Of a DNA stretch of 64,000 bases, positions 24,401 through 37,800 are shown piece by piece. Every line of letters begins with the position of its first letter. Position 1 is the first letter of the stretch. Origin of the DNA: Eledone cirrhosa (taxonomy: Eukaryota); assembly GCA_964016885.1 (NCBI GenBank), contig OZ024744.1, positions 6,944,001 to 7,008,000 of the forward strand. Reading direction: 5' to 3'. The notes beneath the pieces are model-generated. The model ran no database searches. It was given only the letters and a program-made list of their open reading frames with translations, and had not been told where the DNA came from. The position numbers were made by a program, and so were the translations under genes.

Positions 24401-27400
24401 GTTATGTCTACTGCAGTATTGCACTGATGTAGGTGTGGTGCAGTAACGGTTATGTCTACTGCAATATTGCACTGATGTAGGTGTGGTGCAGTAAAGGTTA
24501 TGTCTACTGCAGTATTGCACTGATGTAGGTGTGGTGCAGTAACGGTTATGTCTTCTGAAGTATTGCACTGATGTAGGTGTGGTGCTGTAACGGTTATGTC
24601 TACTGCAGTATTGCACTGAGGTTGGTGTGGTGCTGTAACGGTTATGTCTACTGCAGTATTGCACTGAGGTAGGTGTGGCGCAGTAACGGCTATGTCCACT
24701 GCAGTATTGCACTGATGTAGGTGTGGTGCAGTAACGGTTATTTCTACTGCATTATTGCACTGATGTAGGTGTGGTGCAGTAACGGTTATTTCTACTGCAT
24801 TATTGCACTGATGTAGGTGTGGTGCAGTAACGGTTAGGTCTACTGCAGTATTGCACTGAGGTAGGTGTGGTGCAGTAACGGTTATGTCTACTGTTGTATT
24901 GCACTGAGGTATGTGTGGTGCATTAACGGTTATGTCTACTGCAGTATTTCACTGATGTAGGTGTGTTGCCGTAATGGTTATGTCTACTGCAGTATTGCAC
25001 TGAAATATGTGTTGTGCAGTAACGGTTATGTCTACTGCAGTCTTGCACTGAGATAAATGTGGTGCAGTAACGGTTATGTCTACTGAAGTATTTCACTGAT
25101 GAAGGTGTGGTGCTGTAACGGTTATGTCTACTGCAGTATTGCACTGAAGTAGGTGTGGTGCAGTAACGGTTATGTCTAATGCAGTAATGCACTGAGGTAG
25201 GTGTGGTGCAGTAACGGTTATGTCTACTGCAGTATTGCACTGATGTAGGTGTGGTGCAGTAACGGTTATGTCTACTGCAGTATTGCACTGATGAAGGTGT
25301 GGTGCAGTAACGGTTATGTCTACTGCAGTATTGCACTGATGTATGCGTGGTGCAGTAACGGTCATGTCTACAGCAGTATTGCACTGATGTAGGTGTGGTG
25401 CAGTAACGGTTATTTCTACTGCAGTATTGCACTGAGGTAGGTGTGGTGTAGTGACGGGTATGTCTATGCAGTATTACACTGATGTAGGTGTGATGCAGTA
25501 ACGGTTATGTCTACTGCAGTAATGCACTGATGTAGGTGTGGTGCAGTAACGGTCATGTCTACAGCAGTATTGCACTGATGTAGGTGTAATGCAGTAACGG
25601 TTATGTCTACTGCAGTATTGCACTGATGTGTGGTGCAGTAACGGTTATGTCTACTGCAGTATTGCACTGATGAAGGTGTGGTGCAGTAACGTTTATGTCT
25701 ATTGCAGTATTGCACTGAGGTAGGTGTGGTGCAGTAACGGTTATGTCTACTGCAGTATTGCACTGATGAAGGTGTGGTACAGTAACCGTTATGTCTACTG
25801 CAGTATTGCACTGATGTAGGTGTGGTGGAGTAACAGTTATGTCTACTGCAGTATTGCACTGAGTTAGGTGTGGTGCAGTAGCGGTATGTCTACTGCAGTA
25901 TTGCACTGATGTAGGTGTGGTGCATTAACGCTCATGTCTACTGCAGTATTGCACTGATGTAGGCGTGGTGCAGTAACGGTTATGTCTACTGCAGTATTGT
26001 ACTGATGTAGGTGTGGTGCAGTAACGATTATGTATACTGCAGTATTGCACTGAGGTAGGCGTGGTGCAGTACCGGTTATGTCTACTGCAGTATTGCACTG
26101 ATGTAGGTGTGGTGCAGTAACGGTTATTTCTACTGCAGTATTGCACTAAGTTATGTGTGGTGCAGTATCGGTTATGTCTACAGCAGTATTGCATTGAGGT
26201 AGGTGAGGTGCAGTAATGGTTATGTCTACAGCAGTATTGCACTGAGGTAGGTGTGGTGCAGTAACGGTTATGTATACTCCAGTATTGCACTGATGTAGGT
26301 GTGGTGCAGTAACGGGTATGTCTACTGCAGTATTGCACTGATGTAGGTGTGGTGCAGTAACGGTAATGTCTACTGCAGTATTGCACTGATGTAGGTGTGG
26401 TGCAGTAACGGTTATTTCTACTGCAGTATTGCACTGATGTAGGTGTGGTGGAATAACGGTTGTCTACTGCAGTATTGCACTGAGTTAGGTGTGGTGCAGT
26501 AGCGGTATGTCTACTGCAGTATTGCACTGATGTAGGTGTGGTGCATTAACGCTTATGTCTACGGCAGTATTGCATTGATGTAGGCGTGGTGCAGTAACGG
26601 TTATGTCTACTGCAGTATTGCACTGATATAGGCGTGGTGCAGTAACGGTTATGTCTACTGCAGTATTGCACTGATGTAGGCGTGGTGCAGTAACGGTTAT
26701 GTCTACTGCAGTATTGCACTGATTAGGTGTGGTGCAGTAACGGTTATTGCTACTGCAGTATTGCACTGATGTAGGTGTGGTGCATTAACGCTTATGTCTA
26801 CTGCAGTATTGCACTGAGGTAGGTGTGGTCCAGTAACCGTTATGTCTACTGCAGTATTGCACTGAGGTAGGTGTGGTGCAGTAACGGTTATGTCTACCGC
26901 AGTATTGCACTATTGTAGGTGTGGTGCAGTAACGTTTATGTCTACTGCAATATTGCACTGATATAGGTGTGGTGCAGTAACGGTTATGTCTACTGCAGTA
27001 TTGCACTGAGATAGGTGTGGTGCAGTAACCGTTATGTTTACTGCAGTATTGCACTGATGTAGGTGTGGTGCAGTAACAGTTATGTCTACTGCAGTATTGC
27101 ACTGAGGTAGGTGTGGTGCAGTAACGGTTATGTCTACTGCAGTATTGAACTGAGGTAGGTGTGGTGCAGTAACGGTTATTTCTACTGCAGTATTGCACTA
27201 TTGTAGGTGTAGTGCAGTAACGGTTATGTCTACTGCAGTATTGCACTGATGTAGGTGTGGTGCAGTAACGGTTATGTCTACTGCAATATTGCACTGATGT
27301 AGGTGTGGTGCAGTGACGGTTATGTCTACTGCAGTATTGCACTGATGTAGGTGTGGTGCAGTAACGGTTATGTCTTCTGAAGTATTGCACTGATGTAGGT

Positions 27401-30400
27401 GTGGTGCTGTAACGGTTATGTCTACTGCAGTATTGCACTGAGGTAGGTGTGGTGCTGTAACGGGTATGTCTACTGCAGTATTGCACTGAGGTAATTGTGG
27501 TGCAGTACCGGTTATGTCTACTGTAGTATTGCACTGATGTAGGTGTGGTGCAGTAACGGTTATGTCTACTGCAGTATTGCACTGAGGTAGGTTTGGTGCA
27601 GTAACGGTTATGTCTACTGCAGTATTGTACTGATGTAGGTGTGGTGCAGTAACGATTATGTCTACTGCAGTATTGCACTGAGGTAGGCGTGGTGCAGTAC
27701 CGGTTATGTCTACTGCAGTATTGCACTGATGTAGGTGTGGTGCAGTAACGGTTATTTCTACTGCAGTATTGCACTAAGTTATGTGTGGTGCAGTATCGGT
27801 TATGTCTACAGCAGTATTGCATTGAGGTAGGTGAGGTGCAGTAATGGTTATGTCTACAGCAGTATTGCACTGAGGTAGGTGTGGTGCAGTAACGGTTATG
27901 TATACTCCAGTATTGCACTGATGTAGTTGTGGTGCAGTAACGGGTATGTCTACTGCAGTATTGCACTAATGTAGGTGTAGTGCAGTAACAGTTATTTCTA
28001 CTGCAGTATTGCACTGATGTATGTGTGGTGCAGTAACGGTTATGTCTACTGCAGTATTGCACTGATGTACGTGTGGTGCAGTAACGGTTATGTCTACTGC
28101 AGTATTGCACTGAGGTAGGTGTCGTGCAGTAACGGTTATGTCTACTGCAGTATTGCACTGAGATAGGTGTGGTGCAGTAACGGTTATGTCTACTGCAGTA
28201 TTGCACTGATGTAGGTGTGGTGCAGTAACGGTTATGTCTCATGCACTATTGAACTGAGGTAGGTGTGGTGCAGTAACGGTTATGTCTAATGCAGTATTGC
28301 ACTGAGGTAGGTGTGGTGCAGTAACGGATATGTCTACTGCAGTATTGCACTGACGTACGTGTGGTGCAGTAACGGTTATGTCTACTGCAATATTGCACTG
28401 ATATAGATGTAGTGCAGTAACGGTTATTTCTACTGCAGTATTGCACTGAGGTAAGTGTGGTGCAGTAACGGTTATGTCTACTGCAGTATTGCACTGAGCT
28501 AGGTGTGGTGCAGTAACGGTTATGTCTACTGCAGTATTGCACTGATGAAGGTGTGGTGCAGTAAAGGTTATTTCTACTGCTGTATTGCACTGAGATAGGT
28601 GTGGTGCAGTAACATTTATGTCTACTGCAGTATTGCACTGAGGTAGGTGTGGTGCAGTAACGGTTATGTCTACTGCAGTATTGCACTGATGTAGGCGTGG
28701 TGCAGTAAGGATTATGTCTACTGCAGTATTGCACTGAGGCAGGTGTGGTGCAGTAACGGTTATGTCTACTGCAGTATTGCACTGAGGTAGGTCTGGTGCA
28801 GCAACGGTTATGTCTACTGCAGTATTGCACTGAGGTAGGTGTGGTGCAGTACCGGTTATGTCTACTGCAGTATTGCACTGATGTAGGTGTGGTGCAGTAA
28901 CGGTTATTTCTACTGCAGTATTGCACTGATGTAGGTGTGGTGCAGTAACGGTTATGTCTACTTGAAGTATTGCACTGATGTAGGTGTGGTGCAGTAACAG
29001 TTATGTCTACTGCAGTATTGCACTGATGTAGGTGTGGTGGAATAACGGTTATGTCTACTGCAGTATTGCACTGAGTTAGGTGTGGTGCAGTAGCGGTATG
29101 TCTACTGCAGTATTGCACTGATGTAGGTGTGGTGCGTTAACGCGTATGTCTACTGCAGTATTGCATTGATGTAGGCGTGGTGCAGTAACGGTTATGTCTA
29201 CTGCAGTATTGCACTGATATAGGCGTGGTGCAGTAACGGTTATGTCTACTGCAATATTGCACTGATGTAGGCGTGGTGCAGTAACGGTTATGTCTACTGC
29301 AGTATTGCACTGATTAGGTGTGGTGCAGTAACGGTTATTGCTACTGCAGTATTGCACTGATGTAGGTGTGGTGCATTAACGCTTATGTCTACTGCAGTAT
29401 TGCACTGAGGTAGGTGTGGTGCAGTAACCGTTATGTCTACTGCAGTATTGCACTGAGGTAGGTGTGGTGCAGTAACGGTTATGTCTACCGCAGTATTGCA
29501 CTATTGTAGGTGTGGTGCAGTAACGTTTATGTCTACTGCAATATTGCACTGATATAGGTGTGGTGCAGTAACGGTTATGTCTACTGCAGTATTGCACTGA
29601 GATAGGTGTGGTGCAGTAACTGTTATGTTTACTGCAGTATTGCACTGATGTAGGTGTGGTGCAGTAACAGTTATGTCTACTGCAGTATTGCACTGAGGTA
29701 GGTGTGGTGCAGTAACGGTTATGTCTACTGCAGTATTGAACTGAGGTAGGTGTGGTGCAGTAACGGTTATTTCTACTGCAGTATTGCACTATTGTAGGTG
29801 TAGTGCAGTAACGGTTATGTCTACTGCAGTATTGCACTGATGTAGGTGTGGTGCAGTAACGGTTATGTCTACTGCAATATTGCACTGATGTAGGTGTGGT
29901 GCAGTAAAGGTTATGTCTACTGCAGTATTGCACTGATGTAGGTGTGGTGCAGTAACGGTTATGCCTTCTGAAGTATTGCACTGATGTAGGTGTGGTGCTG
30001 TAACGGTTATGTCTACTGCAGTATTGCACTGAGGTAGGTGTGGTGCTGTAACGGTTATGTCTACTGCAGTATTGCACTGAGGTAGGTGTGGCGCAGTAAC
30101 GGCTATGTCCACTGCAGTATTGCACTGATGTAGGTGTGGTGCAGTAACGGTTATTTCTACTGCATTATTGCACTGATGTAGGTGTGGTGCAGTAACGGTT
30201 ATTTCTACTGCATTATTGCACTGATGTAGGTGTGGTGCAGTAACGGTTAGGTCTACTGCAGTATTGCACTGAGGTAGGTGTGGTGCAGTAACGGTTATGT
30301 CTACTGTTGTATTGCACTGAGGTATGTGTGGTGCAGTAACGGTTATGTCTACTGCAGTATTTAACTGATGTAGGTGTGTTGCCGTAATGGTTATGTCTAC

Positions 30401-31390
30401 TGCAGTATTGCACTGAAATATGTGTTGTGCAGTAACGGTTATGTCTACTGCAGTCTTGCACTGAGATAAATGTGGTGCAGTAACGGTTATGTCTACTGCA
30501 GTATTTCACTGATGAAGGTGTGGTGCTGTAACGGTTATGTCTACTGCAGTATTGCACTGAAGTAGGTGTGGTGCAGTAACGGTTATGTCTAATGCAGTAA
30601 TGCACTGAGGTAGGTGTGGTGCAGTAACGGTTATGTCTACTGCAGTATTGCACTGATGTAGGTGTGGTGCAGTAACGGTTATGTCTACTGCAGTATTGCA
30701 CTGATGAAGGTGTGGTGCAGTAACGGTTATGTCTACTGCAGTATTGCACTGATGTATGCGTGGTGCAGTAACGGTCATGTCTACAGCAGTATTGCACTGA
30801 TGTAGGTGTGGTGCAGTAACGGTTATTTCTACTGCAGTATTGCACTGAGGTAGGTGTGGTGTAGTGACGGGTATGTCTCTGCAGTATTACACTGATGTAG
30901 GTGTGATGCAGTAACGGTTATGTCTACTGCAGTAATGCACTGATGTAGGTGTGGTGCAGTAACGGTCATGTCTAAAGCTGTATTGCACTGATGTAGGTGT
31001 AATGCAGTAACGGTTATGTCTACTGCAGTATTGCACTGATGTGTGGTGCAGTAACGGTTATGTCTACTACAGTATTGCACTGATGAAGGTGTGGTGCAGT
31101 AACGTTTATGTCTATTGCAGTATTGCACTGAGGTAGGTGTGGTGCAGTAACGGTTATGTCTACTGCAGTATTGCACTGATGAAGGTGTGGTACAGTAACC
31201 GTTATGTCTACTGCAGTATTGCACTGATGTAGGTGTGGTGGAGTAACAGTTATGTCTACTGCAGTATTGCACTGAGTTAGGTGTGGTGCAGTAGCGGTAT
31301 GTCTACTGCAGTATTGCACTGATGTAGGTGTGGTGCATTAACGCTCATGTCTACTGCAGTATTGCACTGATGTAGGCGTGGTGCAGTAAC
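23070..31390. repeat. ~2.9-kb block (23070-25980) repeated at ~28420-31390, mostly at a 5,413-bp offset (113 monomers, -11 bp)
   Basis: ORF pairs 23963/29376, 24376/29789, 25093/30506 and 25607/31020. Shared rare markers include ggcgcagtaacggctatgtccac, gttgccgtaatgg, tgaaatatgtgttg and the 44-bp unit tgatgtgtgg. The intervening indels sum to -11. Confidence 0.85.
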
Positions 31391-34300
31391 GGTTATGTCT
31401 ACTGCAGTATTGCACTGATGTAGGCGTGGTGCAGTAACGGTTATGTCTACTGCAGTATTGCACTGATGTAGGCGTGGTGCAGTAACGGTTATGTCTACTG
31501 CAGTATTGCACTGATTAGGTGTGGTGCAGTAACGGTTATTTCTACTGCAGTATTGCACTGATGTAGGTGTGGTGCATTAACGCTTATGTCTACTGCAGTA
31601 TTGCACTGAGGTAGGTGTGGTGCAGTAACGGTTATGTCTACTGCAGTATTGCACTGATGTAGGTGTGGTGCAGTAACGGGTATGTCTACCGCAGTATTGC
31701 ACTATTGTAGGCGTGGTGCAGTAACGGTTATGTCTACTGCAATATTGCACTGATATAGGTGTAGTGCAGTAACGGTTATGTATACTGCAGTATTGAACTG
31801 AGGTAGGTGTGGTGCAGTAACGGATATATCTACTGCAGTATGGCACTATTGTAGGTGTAGTGCACTAACGGTTATGTCTACTGCAGTATTGCACTGATTA
31901 GGTGTGGTGCAGTAACGGTTATTTCTACTGCAGTATTGCACTGATGTAGGTGTAGTGCATTAACGCTTATGTCTACTGCAGTATTGCACTGAGGTAGGTG
32001 TGGTGCAGTAACGGTTATGTCTACTGCAGTATTGCACTGATGTAGGTGTGGTGCAGTAACGGTTATGTCTACCGCAGTATTGCACTAATGTAGGTGTGGT
32101 GCAGTAACGGTTATGTCTACTGCAATATTGCAATGATATATGTGTGGTGCAGTAACGGTTATGTCTACCGCAGTATTGAACTGAGGTAGGTGTGGTGCAG
32201 TAACGGTTATTTCTACTGCAGTATTGCACTATTGTAGGTGTAGTGCAGTAACGGTTATGTCTACTGCAGTATTGCACTGATGTAGGTGTGGTGCAGTAAC
32301 GGTTATGTCTACTGCAGTATTGCACTGATGTAGGTGTGGTGCAGTAACGGTTATGTCTACTGCAGTATTGCACTGAGGTAAGTGTGGTGCAATAACGGTT
32401 ATTTCTACTGCAGTATTGCACTGATGTAGTTGTGGTGCAGTAACGGTTATGTCTACTGCAATATTGCACTGAGGTAGGTGTGGTGCAGTAACGGTTATGT
32501 CTACTGCAGTATTGCACTGAGGTAGGAGTGGTGCAGTAACGGTTATGTCTACTGCAGTATTGCACTGATGTACGTGTGGTGCAGTAACGGTTATGTCTAC
32601 TTGCAGTATTGCACTTATGTAGGTGTGGTGCAGTAACAGTTATGTCTACTGCAGTATTGCACTGGTGTAGGTATGGTGCAGTAACGGTTATGTCTACTGC
32701 AGTATTGCACTGATGAAGGTGTGGTGCAGTAACAGTTATGTCTACAGCAGTATTGCACTGATGTAGGTGTGGTGCAGTAACGGTCATGTCTACAGCAGTA
32801 TTGCACTGATGTAGGTGTGGTGCAGTAACGGTTATTTCTACTGCAGTATTGCACTGAGGTAGGTGTGGTGCAGTAACGGTTATGTCTACTGCAGTATTGC
32901 ACTGAGCTAGGTGTGGTGCAGTAACGGTTATATCTACTGCAGTATTGCACTGATGTAGGTGTGGTGCAGTAACGGTTATGTCTAGTGTAGTATTGCACTG
33001 ATGTAGGTGTGGTGCAGTAACGGTTATGTCTACTGCAGTATTGCACTGATGTAGGTGTGGTGTAGTAACGGTTATTTCTACTGCAGTATTGCACTGAGAT
33101 AGGTGTGGTGCAGTAACGGTTATGTCTACTGCAGTATTGCACTGAGATAAATGTGGTGCAGTAACGGTTATGTCTACTGCAGTATTGCACTGATGTAGGT
33201 GTGGTGCTCTAACGGTTATGTCTACTGCAGTATTGCACTGAGGTAGGTGTGGTGCAGTAACGGTTATGCCTATTGCATTATTGCACTGAGGTAGGTGTGG
33301 TGCAGTAACGGTTATGTCTACTGCAGTATTGCACTGATGTAGGTGTGGTGCAGTAACGGTCATGTCTACTGCAGTATTGCACTGATGTAGGTGTGGTGCA
33401 GTAACGGTTATGTCTACTGCAGTATTGCCCTGATGTAGGTGTGGTGCAGTAACGGTTATGTCTACTGCAGTATTGCACTGATGTAGGTGTGGTGCAGTAA
33501 CAGTTATGTCTACTGCAGTATTGCACTGATGTAGGTGTGGTGCAGTAACGGTCATGTCTACAGCAGTATTGCACTGATGTAGGTGTGGTGCAGTAACGGT
33601 TATGTCTACTGCAGTATTGCACTGATGTAGGTGTGGTGCAGTAGCTGTTATGTCTACTGCAGTATTGCACTGATGTAGGTGTGGTGCAGTAACGGTTATT
33701 TCTACTGCGGTATTGCACTGAGGTAGGTGTGGTGCAGTAACGGTTATGTCTACTGCAGTATTGCACTGAGCTAGGTGTGGTGCAGTAACGGTTATGTCTA
33801 CTGCAGTATTGCACCGAGGTAGGTGTGGTGCAGTAAAGGTTATTTCTACTGCAGTATTGCACTGATGTAGGTGTGGTGCAGTAACGGTTATGTCTCTGCA
33901 GTATTACACTGATGTAGGTGTGGTGCAGTAACGGTTATGTCTACTGCAGTATTGCACTGATGAAGGTGTGGTGCAGTAACGGTTATGTCTACTGCAGTAA
34001 TGCACTGATGTAGGTGTGGTGCAGTAACGGTCATGTCTACAGCAGTATTGCACTGATGTAGGTGTAATGCAGTAACGGTTATGTCTACTGCAGTATTGCA
34101 CTGATGTGTGGTGCAGTAACGGTTATGTCTACTTGAAGTATTGCACTGATGTAGGTGTGGTGCAGTAACAGTTATGTCTACTGCAGTATTGCACTGATGT
34201 AGGTGTGGTGGAATAACGGTTATGTCTACTGCAGTATTGCACTGAGTTAGGTGTGGTGCAGTAGCGGTATGTCTACTGCAGTATTGCACTGATGTAGGTG

Positions 34301-34800
34301 TGGTGCGTTAACGCTTATGTCTACTGCAGTATTGCATTGATGTAGGCGTGGTGCAGTAACGGTTATGTCTACTGCAGTATTGCACTGATATAGGCGTGGT
34401 GCAGTAACGGTTATGTCTACTGCAATATTGCACTGATGTAGGCGTGGTGCAGTAACGGTTATGTCTACTGCAGTATTGCACTGATTAGGTGTGGTGCAGT
34501 AACGGTTATTGCTACTGCAGTATTGCACTGATGTAGGTGTGGTGCATTAACGCTTATGTCTACTGCAGTATTGCACTGAGGTAGGTGTGGTGCAGTAACC
34601 GTTATGTCTACTGCAGTATTGCACTGAGGTAGGTGTGGTGCAGTAACGGTTATGTCTACCGCAGTATTGCACTATTGTAGGTGTGGTGCAGTAACGTTTA
34701 TGTCTACTGCAATATTGCACTGATATAGGTGTGGTGCAGTAACGGTTATGTCTACTGCAGTATTGCACTGAGATAGGTGTGGTGCAGTAACCGTTATGTT

Positions 34801-37800
34801 TACTGCAGTATTGCATTGAGGTAGGTGAGGTGCAGTAATGGTTATGTCTACTGCAGTATTGCACTGAGGTAGGTGAGGTGCAGTATTGGTTATGTCTACA
34901 GCAGTATTGCACTGAGGTAGGTGTGGTGCAGTAACGGTTATGTATACTCCAGTATTGCACTGATGTAGGTGTGGTGCAGTAACGGGTATGTCTACTGCAG
35001 TATTGCACTGATGTAGGTGTGGTGCAGTAACAGTTATTTCTACTGCAGTATTGCACTGATGTATGTGTGGTGCAGTAACGGTTATGTCTACTGCAGTATT
35101 GCACTGATGTACGTGTGGTGCAGTAACGGTTATGTCTACTGCAGTATTGCACTGATTAGGTGTGGTGCAGTAACGGTTATGTCTACTGCAGTATTGCACT
35201 GAGGTAGGTGTCGTGCAGTAACGGTTATGTCTACTGCAGTATTGCACTGAGATAGGTGTGGTGCAGTAACGGTTATGTCTACTGCAGTATTGCACTGATG
35301 TAGGTGTGATGCAGTAACGGTTATGTCTCCTGCACTATTGCACTGAGGTAGGTGTGGTGCAGTAACGGTTATGTCTAATGCAGTATTGCACTGAGGTAGG
35401 TGTGGTGCAGTAACGGATATGTCTACTGCAGTATTGCACTGAGGTAGGTGTGGTGCAGTAACGCTTATGCCTACTACAATATTGCACTGATGTAGGTGTG
35501 GTGCAGTAACGGGTATGTCTCTGCAGTATTACACTGATGTAAGTGTGGTGCAGTAACGGTTATGTCTACTGCAGTATTGAACTGATGAAGGTGTGGTCTA
35601 GTAAGTGTTATGTCTACTGCAGTATTGCACTGATGTAGGTGTGGTGGAATAACGGTTGTCTACTGCAGTATTGCACTGAGTTAGGTGTGGTGCAGTAGCG
35701 GTATGTCTACTGCAGTATTGCACTGATGTAGGTGTGGTGCATTAACGCTTATGTCTACTGCAGTATTGCATTGATGTAGGCGTGGTGCAGTAACGGTTAT
35801 GTCTACTGCAGTATTGCACTGATATAGGCGTGGTGCAGTAACGGTTATGTCTACTGCAGTATTGCACTGATGTAGGCGTGGTGCAGTAACGGTTATGTCT
35901 ACTGCAGTATTGCACTGATTAAGTGTGGTGCAGTAACGGTTATTGCTACTGCAGTATTGCACTGAGATAGGTGTGGTGCATTAACGCTTATGTCTACTGC
36001 AGTATTGCACTGAGGTAGGTGTGGTGCAGTAACCGTTATGTCTACTGCAGTATTGCACTGAGGTAGGTGTGGTGCAGTAACGGTTATGTCTACCGCAGTA
36101 TTGCACTATTGTAGGTGTGGTGCAGTAACGTTTATGTCTACTGCAATATTGCACTGATATAGGTGTGGTGCAGTAACGGTTATGTCTACTGCAGTATTGC
36201 ACTGATGTAGGTGTGTTGCAGTAACGGTTATGTCTACTGCAATATAGCACTGATGTAGGTGTGGTGCAGTAACGGTTATGTCTACTGCAGTATTGCACTG
36301 ATGTAGGTGTGGTGCAGTAACGGTTATGTCTTCTGAAGTATTGCACTGATGTAGGTGTGGTGCTGTAACGGTTATGTCTACTACAGTATTGCACTGAGGT
36401 AGGTGTGGTGCTGTAACGGGTATGTCTACTGCAGTATTGCACTGAGGTAATTGTGGTGCAGTACCGGTTATGTCTACTGTAGTATTGCACTGATGTAGGT
36501 GTGGTGCAGTAACGGTTTTGTCTACTGCAGTATTGCACTGTCGTAGGTTTGGTGCAGTAACGGTTATGTCTACTGCAGTATTGTACTGATGTAGGTGTGG
36601 TGCAGTAACGATTATGTCTACTTCAGTATTGCACTGAGGTAGGCGTGGTGCAGTACCGGTTATGTCTACTGCAGTATTGCACTGATGTAGGTGTGGTGCA
36701 GTAACGGTTATTTCTACTGCAGTATTGCACTAAGTTATGTGTGGTGCAGTATCGGTTATGTCTACAGCAGTATTGCATTGAGGTAGGTGAGGTGCAGTAA
36801 TGGTTATGTCTACAGCAGTATTGCACTGAGGTAGGTGTGGTGCAGTAACGGTTATGTATACTCCAGTATTGCACTGATGTAGGTGTGGTGCAGTAACGGG
36901 TATGTCTACTGCAGTATTGCACTGATGTAGGTGTGGTGCAGTAACAGTTATTTCTACTGCAGTATTGCACTGATGTATGTGTGGTGCAGTAACGGTTATG
37001 GCTACTGCAGTATTGCACTGATGTACGTGTGGTGCAGTAACGGTTATGTCTACTGCAGTATTGCACTGATGTAGGTGTGGTGCAGTAACGGTTATGTCTC
37101 CTGCACTATTGCACTGAGGTAGGTGTGGTGCAGTAACGGTTATGTCTAATGCAGTATTGCACTGCGGTAGGTGTGGTGCAGTAACGGATATGTCTACTGC
37201 AGTATTGCACTGAGGTAGGTGTGGTGCAGTAACGGTTATGCCTACTACAATATTGCACTGATGTAGGTGTGGTGCAGTAACGGGTATGTCTCTGCAGTAT
37301 TACACTGATGTAAGTGTGGTGCAGTAACGGTTATGTCTACTGCAGTATTGAACTGATGAAGGTGTGGTCTAGTAAGTGTTATGTCTACTGCAGTATTGCA
37401 CTGATGTAGGTGTGGTGCAGTAACGGTCATGTCTACAGCAGTATTGCACTGATGTAGGTGTGGTGCAGTAACGGTTATTTCTACTGCAGTATTGCACTGA
37501 GGTAAGTGTGGTGCAGTAACGGTTATGTCTACTGCAGTATTGCACTGAGCTAGGTGTGGTGCAGTAACGGTTATGTCTACTGCAGTATTGCACTGATGAA
37601 GGTGTGGTGCAGTAAAGGTTATTTCTACTGCTGTATTGCACTGAGATAGGTGTGGTGCAGTAACAATTATGTCTACTGCAGTATTGCACTGAGTTAGGTG
37701 TGGTGCAGTAACGATTATGTCTACTGCAGTATTGCACTGATGTAGGCGTGGTGCAGTAACGATTATGTCTACTGCAGTATTGCACTGAGGCAGGTGTGGT

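Larger units (their letters stand above)
11848..34132. repeat. Copy 1 of a ~21-22-kb near-identical segmental duplication inside the array
   Basis: Colinear with 34801-55741. ORF offsets are 22953 (12064/35017), 23001 (13622/36623), 21562 (16817/38379 to 26785/48347) and 21609 (28246/49855 to 33888/55497). The offset steps equal whole monomers (+48, +47) or the 1,439-bp duplication. Confidence 0.93.
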
